Shown piece by piece: positions 20,176 to 31,698 of a stretch of DNA of 64,000 nt. The translations under genes were made by a program, and so were the position numbers. Under the pieces are notes generated by a model. It was not told the origin of the DNA. It saw only the letters and a program-made list of their open reading frames with translations, and did no database searches. The DNA comes from a virus (Duplodnaviria; Caudoviricetes), in the IMG/VR virus record IMGVR_UViG_3300032328_000860, positions 128,001 to 192,000 of that record, one strand, 5' to 3'. Numbering within the stretch: position 1 is the first letter of the stretch; each line of letters begins with the position of its first letter.

Positions 20176-20463
20176 ATGATTGATCTGAATATTCCAAAGT
20201 ATAGTCTTATTACTTATTATCGTAACAAAAGGGGAGAGCCAAAGGGAGTATTGGTTGCTATTCCAACACAATATAGCGGAGATTTTTCTATCGGCTATGC
20301 TCAATGTCGCAAGGGTGATAAGTTTAGTAAGAAAATGGGACTAAAGATTGCTCTTGGTCGAGCGGTTTTTGATTCTAGTCATTCTTCTTTTGACACTATG
20401 CCACATAATCTTCGTAAGATGATGCCAGCTTTTGTGCAGAGATGTGAGCGTTACTATAATTAG
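20176..20463 (+). CDS. hypothetical phage protein
   Basis: GYAQC..DKFSKKMGLKIALGRA; own promoter and RBS. Confidence 0.65.
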   Translation: MIDLNIPKYSLITYYRNKRGEPKGVLVAIPTQYSGDFSIGYAQCRKGDKFSKKMGLKIALGRAVFDSSHSSFDTMPHNLRKMMPAFVQRCERYYN

Positions 20464-20487
20464 TAAGTCTTAAACAGGAATAGAGCG

Positions 20488-20934
20488 ATGAATAATGAAA
20501 AATCTTGGGATACTCTTTATGAAGAATATCCAGATCTATTTTCTAATAGACTAAAATCTCCTGAAGAATCTTGTATGTCTTGGGGCTGCGAGATAGGAAT
20601 GGGCTGGTATGATATTCTGTCATCTGTTTGTTGGAGAATTTTTCAACATGATGAAAATATAGCAGACAGAATAAGAATTAGGACAGAAAAAGGAAAAGAA
20701 AACGAGCAGTTAGATTTGGACTATATTCCTGTAAAATTTGACCAAATAAAAGAAAAGTTTGGCGGATTGAGACTATATTATAGTGGTGGTGACGATTATG
20801 TAAGAGGTCTTGTGTCTTTAGCAGAAGAGTTAAGCTATAAGATTTGTGAAGTTTGTGGCGATAAAGGCAAACCAAATAAAGGTGGGTGGATTAGCGTACT
20901 GTGCGATAAACATAGAGAAGAAAGATCAAAATAA
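20488..20934 (+). CDS. conserved phage protein with C-terminal Zn finger
   Basis: GW..I, QIKEKFGGLRLY, CEVCG..LC..H. Confidence 0.7.
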   Translation: MNNEKSWDTLYEEYPDLFSNRLKSPEESCMSWGCEIGMGWYDILSSVCWRIFQHDENIADRIRIRTEKGKENEQLDLDYIPVKFDQIKEKFGGLRLYYSGGDDYVRGLVSLAEELSYKICEVCGDKGKPNKGGWISVLCDKHREERSK

Positions 20935-21644
20935 TGTTAAGACGATCACGCGATAATCACTGGACTTGTTCAAATTTAGCCAATCTTATTAGGGGTACAA
21001 AAAAGCCCTATGCTTTGGATTGGGAAGAGTGGGACGATTGGCATAATAAAGCACAAAATAAACATCCGGTAAGATATTGGTTGGCTGAAAAGGGTCTTAA
21101 AAAGCTACAAGACTTTGTAATGTTTCCCGGCGACTTGTATTATACGATAAAGATTTATATACAAAACAGATGGATAGATCAGACTCATGTATTAAAAACC
21201 GGACTTAAACCCGGAGAATACTATGAGTTTGACTATAAAGTATTGTATGGTTTGTTCAATGAGTTGTCTGATTATGTCGAAATAGAATTAGCAGCAGTTA
21301 GCAGATGTGTTAAATCTAAGAGATATAAATTTGTTAATGGTCGCTCAAGAGAAGCCGGATTAGACCATTTGAATTGGGCCTCTTCTTTGATATATAACGA
21401 AGATTACGGAACATTAAAAGGAGATAAACATTACGGAGAAATCACGCCCCAAGCCTTATCCGCCCAAAAAATTAAAGAGCTTTATCTGTGGTGGAAAGAT
21501 ATTAGACCTAATAGATCAGACTTTGATGAACTTTGTAAGTCTAAAGAGTACAAAAAAATAGAAGAAGTAGAAAAAAAATACGATAAGGAAGATACTGAGA
21601 AACTCATTGAACTAATTAAGATACGAAGAGAAATTTGGTCATGA
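20934..21644 (+). CDS. conserved hypothetical phage protein
   Basis: 236-aa ORF, coupled start; IKELYLWWK..RP motif. Confidence 0.65.
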   Translation: MLRRSRDNHWTCSNLANLIRGTKKPYALDWEEWDDWHNKAQNKHPVRYWLAEKGLKKLQDFVMFPGDLYYTIKIYIQNRWIDQTHVLKTGLKPGEYYEFDYKVLYGLFNELSDYVEIELAAVSRCVKSKRYKFVNGRSREAGLDHLNWASSLIYNEDYGTLKGDKHYGEITPQALSAQKIKELYLWWKDIRPNRSDFDELCKSKEYKKIEEVEKKYDKEDTEKLIELIKIRREIWS

Positions 21645-21858
21645 AAGCTTTACTAAGATTTGATTTGCCGAAAGATGAAAGAGACTACGAGATAGTAATA
21701 CAAGCACCAAAAGCTCAGAGATTTTTATGGGAATTTAATGAACAACTGAGAAGTTGGTATAAATATCACCATGATTTTACAAGTGCTGACGATGCTCTTA
21801 ACAAGATTCGTGAAGAATTTTATAGATTGCTAAATGAACACGATGTGAATATAGATCT

Positions 21859-22236
21859 ATGAATAATTTAGAATACGACTTGATTAATACTGATTGGATA
21901 ATAGAAAAGTGTAAGAAAAACGATACTTATGCACAAAATTTGTATAGTGCTATGTGTAATAATCGCTTTTTTAAAAATGATGAAGAATGGACAGCTACAT
22001 GGAGAATGGCTGGCGGAATAGTAGCTGATATAAGAAATGTGGGCGAAGATTATATGACTTGGTATTGTTCTGGAATCGGATGCGACCATATATCAGAATA
22101 TATGCCAGAGGGCATTGTTACTGATGAAATTAGGGAGGATTTATCAAAATTAGGATGGATTATTAAACCTTATGAGCCTAGACTAAAACCTGGGATTTAT
22201 AGAAATGACTGGGGAAGTTATGACTCAGGAAAATGA
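21859..22236 (+). CDS. conserved hypothetical phage protein
   Basis: YAQNLYSAMCNN, WRMAGGIVAD, DYMTWYCSG. Confidence 0.65.
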   Translation: MNNLEYDLINTDWIIEKCKKNDTYAQNLYSAMCNNRFFKNDEEWTATWRMAGGIVADIRNVGEDYMTWYCSGIGCDHISEYMPEGIVTDEIREDLSKLGWIIKPYEPRLKPGIYRNDWGSYDSGK

Positions 22237-22892
22237 AGAAACTTCTTTGCCAGATAGTAAAAGTCCTTGGTGGGATAATGAATATGAAGGGGTTTATAGT
22301 GACGATCCTGAAGATGGCTACCCTTATGATATGGGAACCAAAGTGCAAGAATGACTAAGTATACCGAACAGTCCGCTAAAGGAGTTAAGGGCTTTCTTCT
22401 TTATAGCCCATTTCATAAAAGTCATTTCTTTAGAGTATATAATGATAAAGACAAAGGACAGTTTAAGGATTATAAGATTACGGCAGAAGATATAGAAGTC
22501 AAACTGCTATCTAAATTTAATTCTTTAATAGAGTTTGATACTGGCGAAAATATTTTAGATTATTCTAGCGAGGTTATTAAAAGAACTAATGGATAACTAC
22601 AAAAAACAATCAATATCAATTAATCCAGAAACATACATTGAAATACATCATAATTTTAATCTGAGTGTGAAGCCTTATCTTCTTAAAGTATTTGCCTATG
22701 AAGGATATACTGAGCATAGACTAGATCAGAAAGAAATGTTAAATTTAGCGGAAAGTTTGGCGGATTTTGTATTTGACAATCCCAACACAACGGGGTATGA
22801 TGATAAATGGATTGGTTTGCCTAGACTTTGGCTACATCGCAGAAGCGAAGTGTTAGATACTATAGAAGAATTACAGAACAAAATACAAAAAT

Positions 22893-23501
22893 ATGAAGAA
22901 AATAACTGTAATAGGTGATGTTCATGGTAAGTATGCTCATTACCATAAAATTATTAGACAAACAGAACAGCATACTTATACCATACAACTTGGGGACTTT
23001 GGTTTTAAATATGATACATTGAAAAATGTAGATCATACTAAGCATATTATTATAGGAGGAAATCATGATAATTATGATATTTGCTGGAATTATCCTCATT
23101 TTTTGACCGACTACGGCTATATGAATAATTTTAATGGAATAGATTTTTTCTATTATCGTGGAGCATATAGTATTGATAGAAATTATCGTACTGTCGGAAT
23201 AAATTGGTGGGAAAATGAACAAGTTAGCATAGAACAATTTATGCAGGCTAGAGAACTTTATAGAGAAATCAAGCCGGATATTGTTATTACCCATGATGCT
23301 CCAATGGAAATTGTACCATATTTATTGCCTCCTGGTAGTAGAATATATGAGAATAATACTAATTGGGCTTTAAATGAGTTGTTTAATATTCATCAACCTA
23401 AGATTTGGCGGTTTGGACACTATCACAAATCTTGGAGAATGACTATTAATGGTACAGATTTTAAGTGCTTGGATGAACTAGAAACTGAAAGTATTTCTTG
23501 A
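22893..23501 (+). CDS. calcineurin-like metallophosphoesterase
   Basis: GDVHG, LGDFG, GNHD, THD, GHYH motifs. Confidence 0.9.
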   Translation: MKKITVIGDVHGKYAHYHKIIRQTEQHTYTIQLGDFGFKYDTLKNVDHTKHIIIGGNHDNYDICWNYPHFLTDYGYMNNFNGIDFFYYRGAYSIDRNYRTVGINWWENEQVSIEQFMQARELYREIKPDIVITHDAPMEIVPYLLPPGSRIYENNTNWALNELFNIHQPKIWRFGHYHKSWRMTINGTDFKCLDELETESIS

Positions 23502-23547
23502 TCTGGTGTATGGATATATGTACCTAGTCATGAAATAGAAAGTTTTT

Positions 23548-24336
23548 ATGCAAAAAATACTTAAACGGTTATTTATAAAGGAACAGAAATCAGCATCAAA
23601 AATTGCTAATATTTTGGGATGCACAACCAATCATGTATATGGTCAGTTAGCAAAATATAAAATTAAAAAAAATAAACCTAGGTCTACAGAATGGTTTAAT
23701 CAAAAACTTAAAAATTTGACGGACGAAGAAATTTATATATTAGGCTTTTTATGGGCTGACGGATATTTAAATGGAAACGACAAGGCAAAAAGAAATCTAA
23801 AGTGCGAAATAGTATATGATGATTTCTTAGATCTTGAAAAAATCTTTAATAGTGTCGGTCAATGGGGTAGGTGTAAAAGAGAAGCGTCGATAAAAAATGG
23901 TATATCAAGACAAGCCAGAATGTGTCTAACAATAAGTGATACTCAACTTATCAATAAATTTATTGTATTAGATTTTGATAAAAAATCCTATATATCCCCT
24001 AATAAATTCTTAAAAATAATACCAAAAAATAAACATTATCTTTTTTATAGAGGATATGTTGATGGCGATGGTTGTTTCTATATTACAAATAAAGCGAAAC
24101 ATTTTTTTATAGGCAGTACATACAATCAAAATTGGTCACATATTGAAAAACTGTTCAAAAAATTAAAAATAAATAAATACAATATACAACATAATATATC
24201 CAAAAAAGGACATAAAGACTCTAGAATCAGAATATCTAATTTAGAGGGCGTCAAAAAAATAGCACAGTATCTCTATCAAGATAGATTGGATATCGGATTA
24301 AAAAGAAAATATGAAAAAGTTAAAGACTACTGTTGA
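23548..24336 (+). CDS. LAGLIDADG homing endonuclease
   Basis: two motifs ILGFLWADG and YRGYVDGDG; N-terminal HTH. Confidence 0.9.
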   Translation: MQKILKRLFIKEQKSASKIANILGCTTNHVYGQLAKYKIKKNKPRSTEWFNQKLKNLTDEEIYILGFLWADGYLNGNDKAKRNLKCEIVYDDFLDLEKIFNSVGQWGRCKREASIKNGISRQARMCLTISDTQLINKFIVLDFDKKSYISPNKFLKIIPKNKHYLFYRGYVDGDGCFYITNKAKHFFIGSTYNQNWSHIEKLFKKLKINKYNIQHNISKKGHKDSRIRISNLEGVKKIAQYLYQDRLDIGLKRKYEKVKDYC

Positions 24337-24366
24337 CAAATGACGATAATGTGATACAATTGAATA

Positions 24367-24432
24367 GTCGAGCCGAAAGGCTAGGGTCGCGGGTATCCCT
24401 TTAATCAACTGCCGTAGAGGTTTAGCCTAATT
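24367..24432 (+). ncRNA. candidate structured leader or small RNA
   Basis: follows promoter 24333-24360; AGCC-GAAA-GGCT and AGGG..CCCT stems. Confidence 0.3.
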
Positions 24433-25944
24433 TTCTGTATACACTGAAAAAGAGGCTTTTATAATAAAAATCATGGAAAAAGAAAAAATTAATAAAAGAT
24501 ATAGCAAAACCGATTATGGTTACTTCTTAAAAAAAGAAAACGGCGAATGGATTTTCCTGCCTTTTGAAAAAGAATTAGATGTTGGTGATCTTGTTTATAT
24601 AACAGATATGTTGTTTACTTTTAATGAGAGAGAAAATGACGCTTGAATTAGATATAAAAGAAAGATACGAAAGTGCTAAAAAACTAGCAGAAGAACTGCG
24701 ACTAGATTGTGACAACAAAGAAACCCCCAATGATTTTTATTACTTTCAGTGTGGATTTGTGGCGGGAATGAATTATAAGGATTATACTGAACTTCGATGC
24801 AATAAGTGTTATAAAACAATAGATTCATATTTTTATAGAAATTTTTGTAAATCTTGTTATGATAAAGGTGTGCGATGAAATCCACGATTAATAATGATCA
24901 AATATTTAATAGTTACGACGAAGCCCACAAGTATAGTTTGACTATTCCTTGGAAACTATCTCTTTGTAATACTGGAGAAAGTTGCTGGTGTAGAATTATT
25001 CTTCCGTCTGAAAAGATATTTTATACGAATCACTCAAAAGATGAAAAAGCACAAGAATTTGAGTGGATAATTCCAGATGGTAGTATAGATAAAGAAACGG
25101 CTGAATATTTAGTCAATCTTCATAATTATAGTCTTGAACTTAAACTTACCATGAGTGACGATATAAATAAACCAGAACCGATGGGATGGGCAGTTATGCA
25201 ACCTGACTCTTATCGCGTATTCGTATCATACGATCAAGCACTAGAACATCGTGAGGATTGTGCTGGTGGTGATATTGTACCACTTTATAAACAAGTAGAA
25301 GTTTTGTTAAATGAGGAACAAAAACAAGCAATACAATATTTTATTGATGACTCAGATTCTTATGACAGAGTGGGAATCAAAGAAACAAAAATAGCAGCAG
25401 ACTTATTGAGATCTATTTTACAAAAATAAACAATACAAAAGAAAAACTATGGAAAATTTTGATTGGGATTCTTGGATAAAAGAAGCGACAAGATATAAAC
25501 CCTGTGCCTCTTTATGGATTGATAAAGAGTCTGATAGAGTAGAATTGTTGTTAGATACTACTTCTTTTACTTACCATGAATGGATACCGGGGGAAGGCTC
25601 AGATATTAGTCTGGTCAGGTGCAGCAAAACCAACAAGGTTATTGGGATTAATCTTCCCTTATATCAAACAGATTTTAGTATATGGCATACTCATGGCATA
25701 AGAGTTAGAACAAATCAAGGCTTCTTAAAAGAAGAATAATTATGATAGTTAACATACCAAAAGAATTAGCAAACTTAGATAGAAATGATTTTACAAAAGT
25801 TTGTGAATTAGTAGACAAAATAGTTCAAGATATAGAAGAAATTCTTACTGAGATTGGACATGAAGAAGCATTGGCTTTAACCAAAGACTATATGATAGAC
25901 TTAATTAATCCAGACTTACTAAACTTTGATAAGGAGCAAATAAT

Positions 25945-26355
25945 ATGAAAAAGAATGTTGCAAAAATATGGATAAAGGCTCTTAGAAGTGGAAAATATAA
26001 GCAAGGAAAAAGTTTCCTAAAACAATTTAATAGCAAGGGTCAGCCAAAACATTGTTGTTTGGGAGTTCTTTGTGAACTCTATAATGATACTATGAAAAAG
26101 AATCACAAAAAAACCATCTCAGTAAAATTCCGTGACGATTCACATTTATATTATGGCTATGTTAAATTTGCTAACAAAAATGGTTCGCTACCAGCCGTAG
26201 TAAGAAAATGGGCTGGGATTAAAAACGAACTGGGTACTTTTTCTTATACTGAAAGAATATTTAAGCATACTAAGTGTTTAGCAGATTTAAATGATACTGG
26301 CAAAAAGTTTTCAACCATTGCCGATATTATAGAAAAGAATATGGAGAACATATGA
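25945..26355 (+). CDS. conserved hypothetical phage protein
   Basis: W..ALRSG.YKQG..L..CCLGVLC..LND.G..F..IAD.IE. Confidence 0.7.
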   Translation: MKKNVAKIWIKALRSGKYKQGKSFLKQFNSKGQPKHCCLGVLCELYNDTMKKNHKKTISVKFRDDSHLYYGYVKFANKNGSLPAVVRKWAGIKNELGTFSYTERIFKHTKCLADLNDTGKKFSTIADIIEKNMENI

Positions 26356-26648
26356 AGGGGCCATTAATTTACTATGAAATCAAACATATGTATGGTACTG
26401 ATTTAAGCAGCATCAAAAAAGCTAGCGAATTAAGACAAAGCATCCTAGAAGAAATAGGTCTAGGATTTAATGTCGAGGTTGATTTTAAAGATGTTCGTTC
26501 CATTACTAATGGGTGGGCTAGAAATCTAATTGGTGTTATAGCTAAAGAACGCGGATCGGATTTTGTTAAGAACCATATACTGCTTATCAATATGAATAAG
26601 AGTATTAAAAAAACATTACTTGAGGGTGTGGAGGATATATTAGTATGA
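26352..26648 (+). CDS. STAS-like / DUF4325-like protein
   Basis: V.VDF..V.SIT..W...L.G pattern and size. Confidence 0.6.
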   Translation: MKGPLIYYEIKHMYGTDLSSIKKASELRQSILEEIGLGFNVEVDFKDVRSITNGWARNLIGVIAKERGSDFVKNHILLINMNKSIKKTLLEGVEDILV

Positions 26649-28800
26649 AGTTTGAAGAATTTCTAAAAAAAGTAGACGATACATTCTTGAATCATCAAGC
26701 AGCAAGATCAAGAGGTAAAATAAAAACTGAAAATCAGTGGAGATATGGTCAAACAATAATGAATGTTTTGTGGGAAGTTTGGCCGGATAAACATACAGAG
26801 ATTAAAGGTAGCGATATTGATTGTTTTTATGACAACTCTAATGTACAATTTACTCTTGATAAATTAGAGAAGGAATGGATAGTATGAAAAAGAAAAAGAA
26901 AATAACTAAAGCTAAACGTAAGCAAAAGATTGATGTTGTAATAGAATCATTAGTTCATCTTGAACAAAGGGTTAAGGAACTAATTGAAGAAGTTAACCAA
27001 CTAAAAAATAAAAATCATCACTATTATCCTCCTTACCAACCGCCAAAAGATGATAATAAGTATTGGCCCAATATCGAGCCACCTTTTTGGTACAAATACA
27101 TAAGTCAATATTCATATAACACCTAAACACAGAAAGCCCAAATGCTGTCAAATTGCGGTTGACAAGCACTCAGGCTTCTGGTATAATGAATTGTGCGATT
27201 TTTCAGAAATGTCCGCAATACATTTCTATATTAGAATACACCAAATCTTGATTATCAAACAATGAAAGCCTTTAAAGAAAAGTTAGTAAAAGTTGTCGAG
27301 AATGTCTATTGCGACTGCTGTGGCAAAAGCACCACAAACTATCTTTATGTTGGGCCAGATTATGCAACACTAGAGAGTTGTTGGGGATATGGGTCAAAGA
27401 ATGATGGTACAAAATACAGTATAGAACTTTGTGAAACTTGTTTCTTTGAGGTTCTAAACTTTATTAAGGACAAACGAAGGAAAGTTTTGGCCCCATTTAA
27501 TTATCCTTATAACAAAGACCCTTTAGAGGGAATTGAATACCTGTGAAATGAATTAACGAACTATGTATTTTATAATGGGCATCAACATCAAATAAGAAGG
27601 AACAAAGAATGAACAAAGATTTTGAATCTGCTATTGTTTGGTACTCTCTATTAATACTAATTGTTGCGATATTAGTAATAGTATCTCCTATTGTTACAAT
27701 ATGGAGTTTAAATACTTTGTTTCACACTTCAATAGAATACTCTATATGGACATATTTGGCAGGATTATGGTTAACGGGATTAATTGCTGGCAGTAACGGA
27801 ATTAAATCAAGATGATAACAAATGCTTTAGTTTTCTTTAATGTATTATTAGGTCTAATAAGTTTCATGCCATGTCTTATGGCGGGCGGCATGAGTATGGA
27901 TAGTCCTCAAGCACAACATAGTATAATAGCGCATTTAGTAATGTATATTTTTCTCAGTTTTTCATTGGTTTGCTGGATATGTGCGGGATTATCCTATTAT
28001 TTTAAGTCGTTGGCATTAGGATTGTTTCCTATATGCCAAGCGGTTTTAATTATCACAACACTATGGATACTATCCAAATGAATAATCTAACTAAAGAACA
28101 AAAGTTTATTATACTCTGGCTTTACAATAGAGTTGCCAGAAGTATGTCGTCTAATCCTATAAAGGGTGGAGGCGATGATATTATTGTTGATGGAATTAAT
28201 GTAACAGAAACAGTTAGGGATTTATTAAAGGAGAAATTATTTGTATGAATAATTTTATAGAGTATGTAAAAAATCTTAGATCTTCTTTATTAAAACAAGA
28301 AGAAAGTGAAAGACAAACAGGAAGATCAACCAGAATTATAAATCAAGCAAAACACCAAAAATCAACTGTCGTATGTTTTAACTATAGACAAAAAAAAGAA
28401 TTTGAACATTTGGGGGTTGAGACTATAACTCTAGAACAATACAACAAAGAAAAACAAGGATCATCAAAAACTTATTTATTTGATCACCTTACTATGTACC
28501 ATATAATAGATAAGCACTATTCTCAACTGGTTGAAGAATACGGAAACTAAAAGATAAAATATAAGTTTGTTACGTTGATGGAATTAATGTAACCGAAGTG
28601 GTTAAAGAACTATTACAAGACAGGTTATTTGTATGAAACTAACTAATCAAGATTTAGATATTCTAAGAGAACTAGTAGAAGACAAACTTAAAGAAATAGA
28701 TAACGGGCCAGAAGGTGTTGAAATCTATGATAGGCCGGAAGTATATATAAATATTATTAAGAAGCTGGATAGAATGTACTTTAACTAAGGAGAAAATAAA

Positions 28801-29398
28801 GTGAGTATGATATACTTTACATCAGACACTCACTTTGGTTAGCCTGCGGGCTAACTAAGGTCATAATAACATAATCAAATATTGTAATCGTCCATTTAAA
28901 GATGTTCACGAAATGAACAAAACTATTCTTGACAATATAAATGAAGTTGTCGGATATGATGATACTCTGTACATACTTGGAGATTTCTGTTTTAGAGGCA
29001 AAAAGCCGCTTACATATAGGCTTCGTATAAATTGTAGAGATGTTCACTTATTATTAGGTAATCACGACAAAAGAAAAGATTTTTATATAGATGAGAATAC
29101 TGTAGATATGCAGGGATTTAGTTCAGTACAAGAAGTTAAAGAAATAATACATTGTAATCAGAAGATATTTATGTCACACTATTGCCATAAAGTATGGGCA
29201 TCAAGTCATAAAGGCAGTATTCATTTATACGCTCATTCACATTCTAAGTTTGATACAGAAGATAGGACTTCTGATAGGAAAGTATTAGATGTTGGTGTTG
29301 ATAATTGCATTAATTACGGTAAACCTTTCGGTCAACCGTGGAGTTTCAAGGAACTACAAAAATTATTTAATCAGAAAATGAGGATGTTAAATGACTGA
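28801..29398 (+). CDS. metallophosphoesterase interrupted by a 22-nt non-coding gap (28840-28861); candidate translational bypass
   Basis: RBS AAGGAG; GTG..IYFTSDTHFG then TAG; resumes HNNIIKYCNRPF in frame with ORF 28913..29398 (LGDF, GNHD, SHY, HSH, DVGVD). Confidence 0.85.
28834..28861 (+). promoter_or_regulatory. putative ribosome-hopping signal: take-off GGT, TAG, hairpin, landing GGT
   Basis: TTTGGTTAGCC-TGCG-GGCTAACTAAG stem with cUNCGg loop; matched GGT codons at 28837 and 28859. Confidence 0.7.
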
Positions 29399-29879
29399 CT
29401 TTTATAGTAATTTAAGTTTTAATGATAATTTAAGTTATAATGAATTGGTTCAAATTAATGACCAACTAACAAATACAATTGCTAATCTTAAAAAACAGCA
29501 AGAAGAATATGAAAAATGTACCCATACAGTTTATGCTCCTGGTAAAAGCTATAAAGAATTAGAAGAAAAATTATGGAGACTCGAAAATACCAAAAATACA
29601 GAAATAGACGATTTAGTAGAACAAATAGTGAATCTTAAAGAAGAAAAGCAAAAAGAAATCGACAGACTCATAGACACTATGGTACAAGCTAATAAAGAAA
29701 TTCAAAGCTGTAGACAGGATAATTATAATCTTAAATCTAGAAATATAGATCTAGAACGAGTCATTGAAAAACAGAATGTTGTAATATCTATGGCTGCTGG
29801 TTATATTAGTACCTCTAAAAGATTTAGTAGTACTCATCCTATGGATGTTAAAAAGTGGCTAATGGGAGGAATGGAATGA
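29391..29879 (+). CDS. coiled-coil hypothetical protein
   Basis: heptad-rich 162-aa ORF. Confidence 0.6.
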   Translation: MTDFYSNLSFNDNLSYNELVQINDQLTNTIANLKKQQEEYEKCTHTVYAPGKSYKELEEKLWRLENTKNTEIDDLVEQIVNLKEEKQKEIDRLIDTMVQANKEIQSCRQDNYNLKSRNIDLERVIEKQNVVISMAAGYISTSKRFSSTHPMDVKKWLMGGME

Positions 29880-30346
29880 ATGACAAATTATACTATTGGG
29901 TAGCAATATTTACTTCTGTTGCCTCAGTCTTGTGCTGGTTTATTTTAAACCCTGTTCATAAAGCAAATCTACAAAAAATAGACAAACCTCCACTATTAAC
30001 CTGTATATATTGCAAAGGTACTGGGGAAAGATTGGAAGATGTAAATAAACTCATGTTTATGGCAAAGGTGCAACTTTATTTTAATAAACATATGATGGTT
30101 GACAAATGCGAAAAGTGTGTTAGGCTACCCAATGGTGAGTATGATTATTGCGATAAGGTAAAAGAAAAGCATGAAAGTTTTTTAAAAGACTATGAAAAAG
30201 AAGGATCAAAGTTTGAGAAGACAATGTGCGGGAAATGTATGGGTGTTGGTCAATTTCAAATATTAAGTAAAAATCCCAAAACAAATCAATGGTATACTCA
30301 AGAAGATTATGAAGAAGATGAACGAGCAAAAACAAATGAAAAATAA
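29855..30346 (+). CDS. membrane-anchored protein with DnaJ-like CxxCxGxG zinc motifs
   Basis: N-terminal TM; CIYCKGTG and CGKCMGVG. Confidence 0.6.
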   Translation: MANGRNGMNDKLYYWVAIFTSVASVLCWFILNPVHKANLQKIDKPPLLTCIYCKGTGERLEDVNKLMFMAKVQLYFNKHMMVDKCEKCVRLPNGEYDYCDKVKEKHESFLKDYEKEGSKFEKTMCGKCMGVGQFQILSKNPKTNQWYTQEDYEEDERAKTNEK

Positions 30347-31698
30347 TTTAAGCGACTCTTGCAATCTTCCGATCTATGGAGTAGAATACTCAGACGGCGA
30401 GTTGGTTCCGTTTGGCGATTTATACTTAGATTTATTTCCAGAACAATATATTGTTGAATAGGAGATTCTTATGAAAGACCGATTTAATTTGGAAGAAGAA
30501 ATTTCTGAGCTATATAATTTTGCAGATCAACTTGATACTATTAGTAAAGGTGTTTTGGAATATGATCTAAGTCCAGACGATACTTCCAATGCTTTAAATG
30601 GTCTTAGGATGCTTTTGAACCTTCATGCCCAAAAGCTACATGATACTATGAATCAATGTTTTCTTCTAGATCAGTATAGAGTTTTAGAATAAAGAGTATA
30701 CAATGATAAAAGACCTAGCCTATGGCGTAAAAGTAAGAGATATTATATACGATACTTTTATGCAAAAATTTGTTGTGAGTAATATAAACCAAAGTGAAAA
30801 TACTGTTATTTTTACTGTGATTGATACTGGCCTGAACACTCATTACTACTCATATGAAGATATGTATTTTGAAGATTTACATGGGGAAAGCGACGAAGAA
30901 AAAAGCTGGATAAATTGGGCAAAAGACAATAAAGAGTTTGTTAATAACTTTGACCACCTATCAACAATTAAGTGGATATATAAGCAGGGATTTGCTGAAG
31001 GATTTGTTTACAACCAAAAAGTATCTTATAAAGAAATGATGCAAAAATAATGTTGTGGTCAAACATACGTTCATGGGCAAAAGAAAAAGGCTATAAAACA
31101 AGCCGTTCTAAAGTAGTTTCTCAAGACAACGGAAACGAAGAGGCTGAGTATAATTATGTATGGTCTAAACTAGATGATGAGAATATTCAAGGAGAAGCAT
31201 CTAGTGTTTCTAAATTAGCTAAAGCAATATACAATAATATCACTGAAGGTATTCATATTGAGTACCAACAACAATATGTTTTAAAACAAACTATGCAAGA
31301 AGATATACATTATAATGAATAAAGAAGACAAAATCAAAAATCAGTGCGTTTCATTAACCTTTAGTGCTATTGTCGGTGCGACAGTTCAGGCTATTATAGG
31401 CTATATTGCTGTTTACTTTTTTAAACCATTATGGGACAAGATCGTAAAAATGTGGAATAAAACAGATGTACATTAAATTAGTGTCTAAGCAAGATGAATG
31501 GTTTGATGCTGGTACAGAAGTTTTTGATGCTACGATATGTGACTGGGGAAGAAGCTTAAAAAGAATGTCTAAAGAAGACTATGAAAGCGTTTGGATTAAG
31601 GCGGGACATATTCTGGGGAGAGGTTTAAAAAACGGTTTTTGGGATGAAGAGTTGTGTCCTCTAGAAGAATTTGAAATATCATATACAGAGGAACAAAT

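Noticed and set aside
28840-28842. TAG reassignment or stop readthrough
   Set aside because: The downstream half is in a different frame (22-nt gap), other long genes are intact in the standard code and several end in TAG, and no suppressor tRNA is present.
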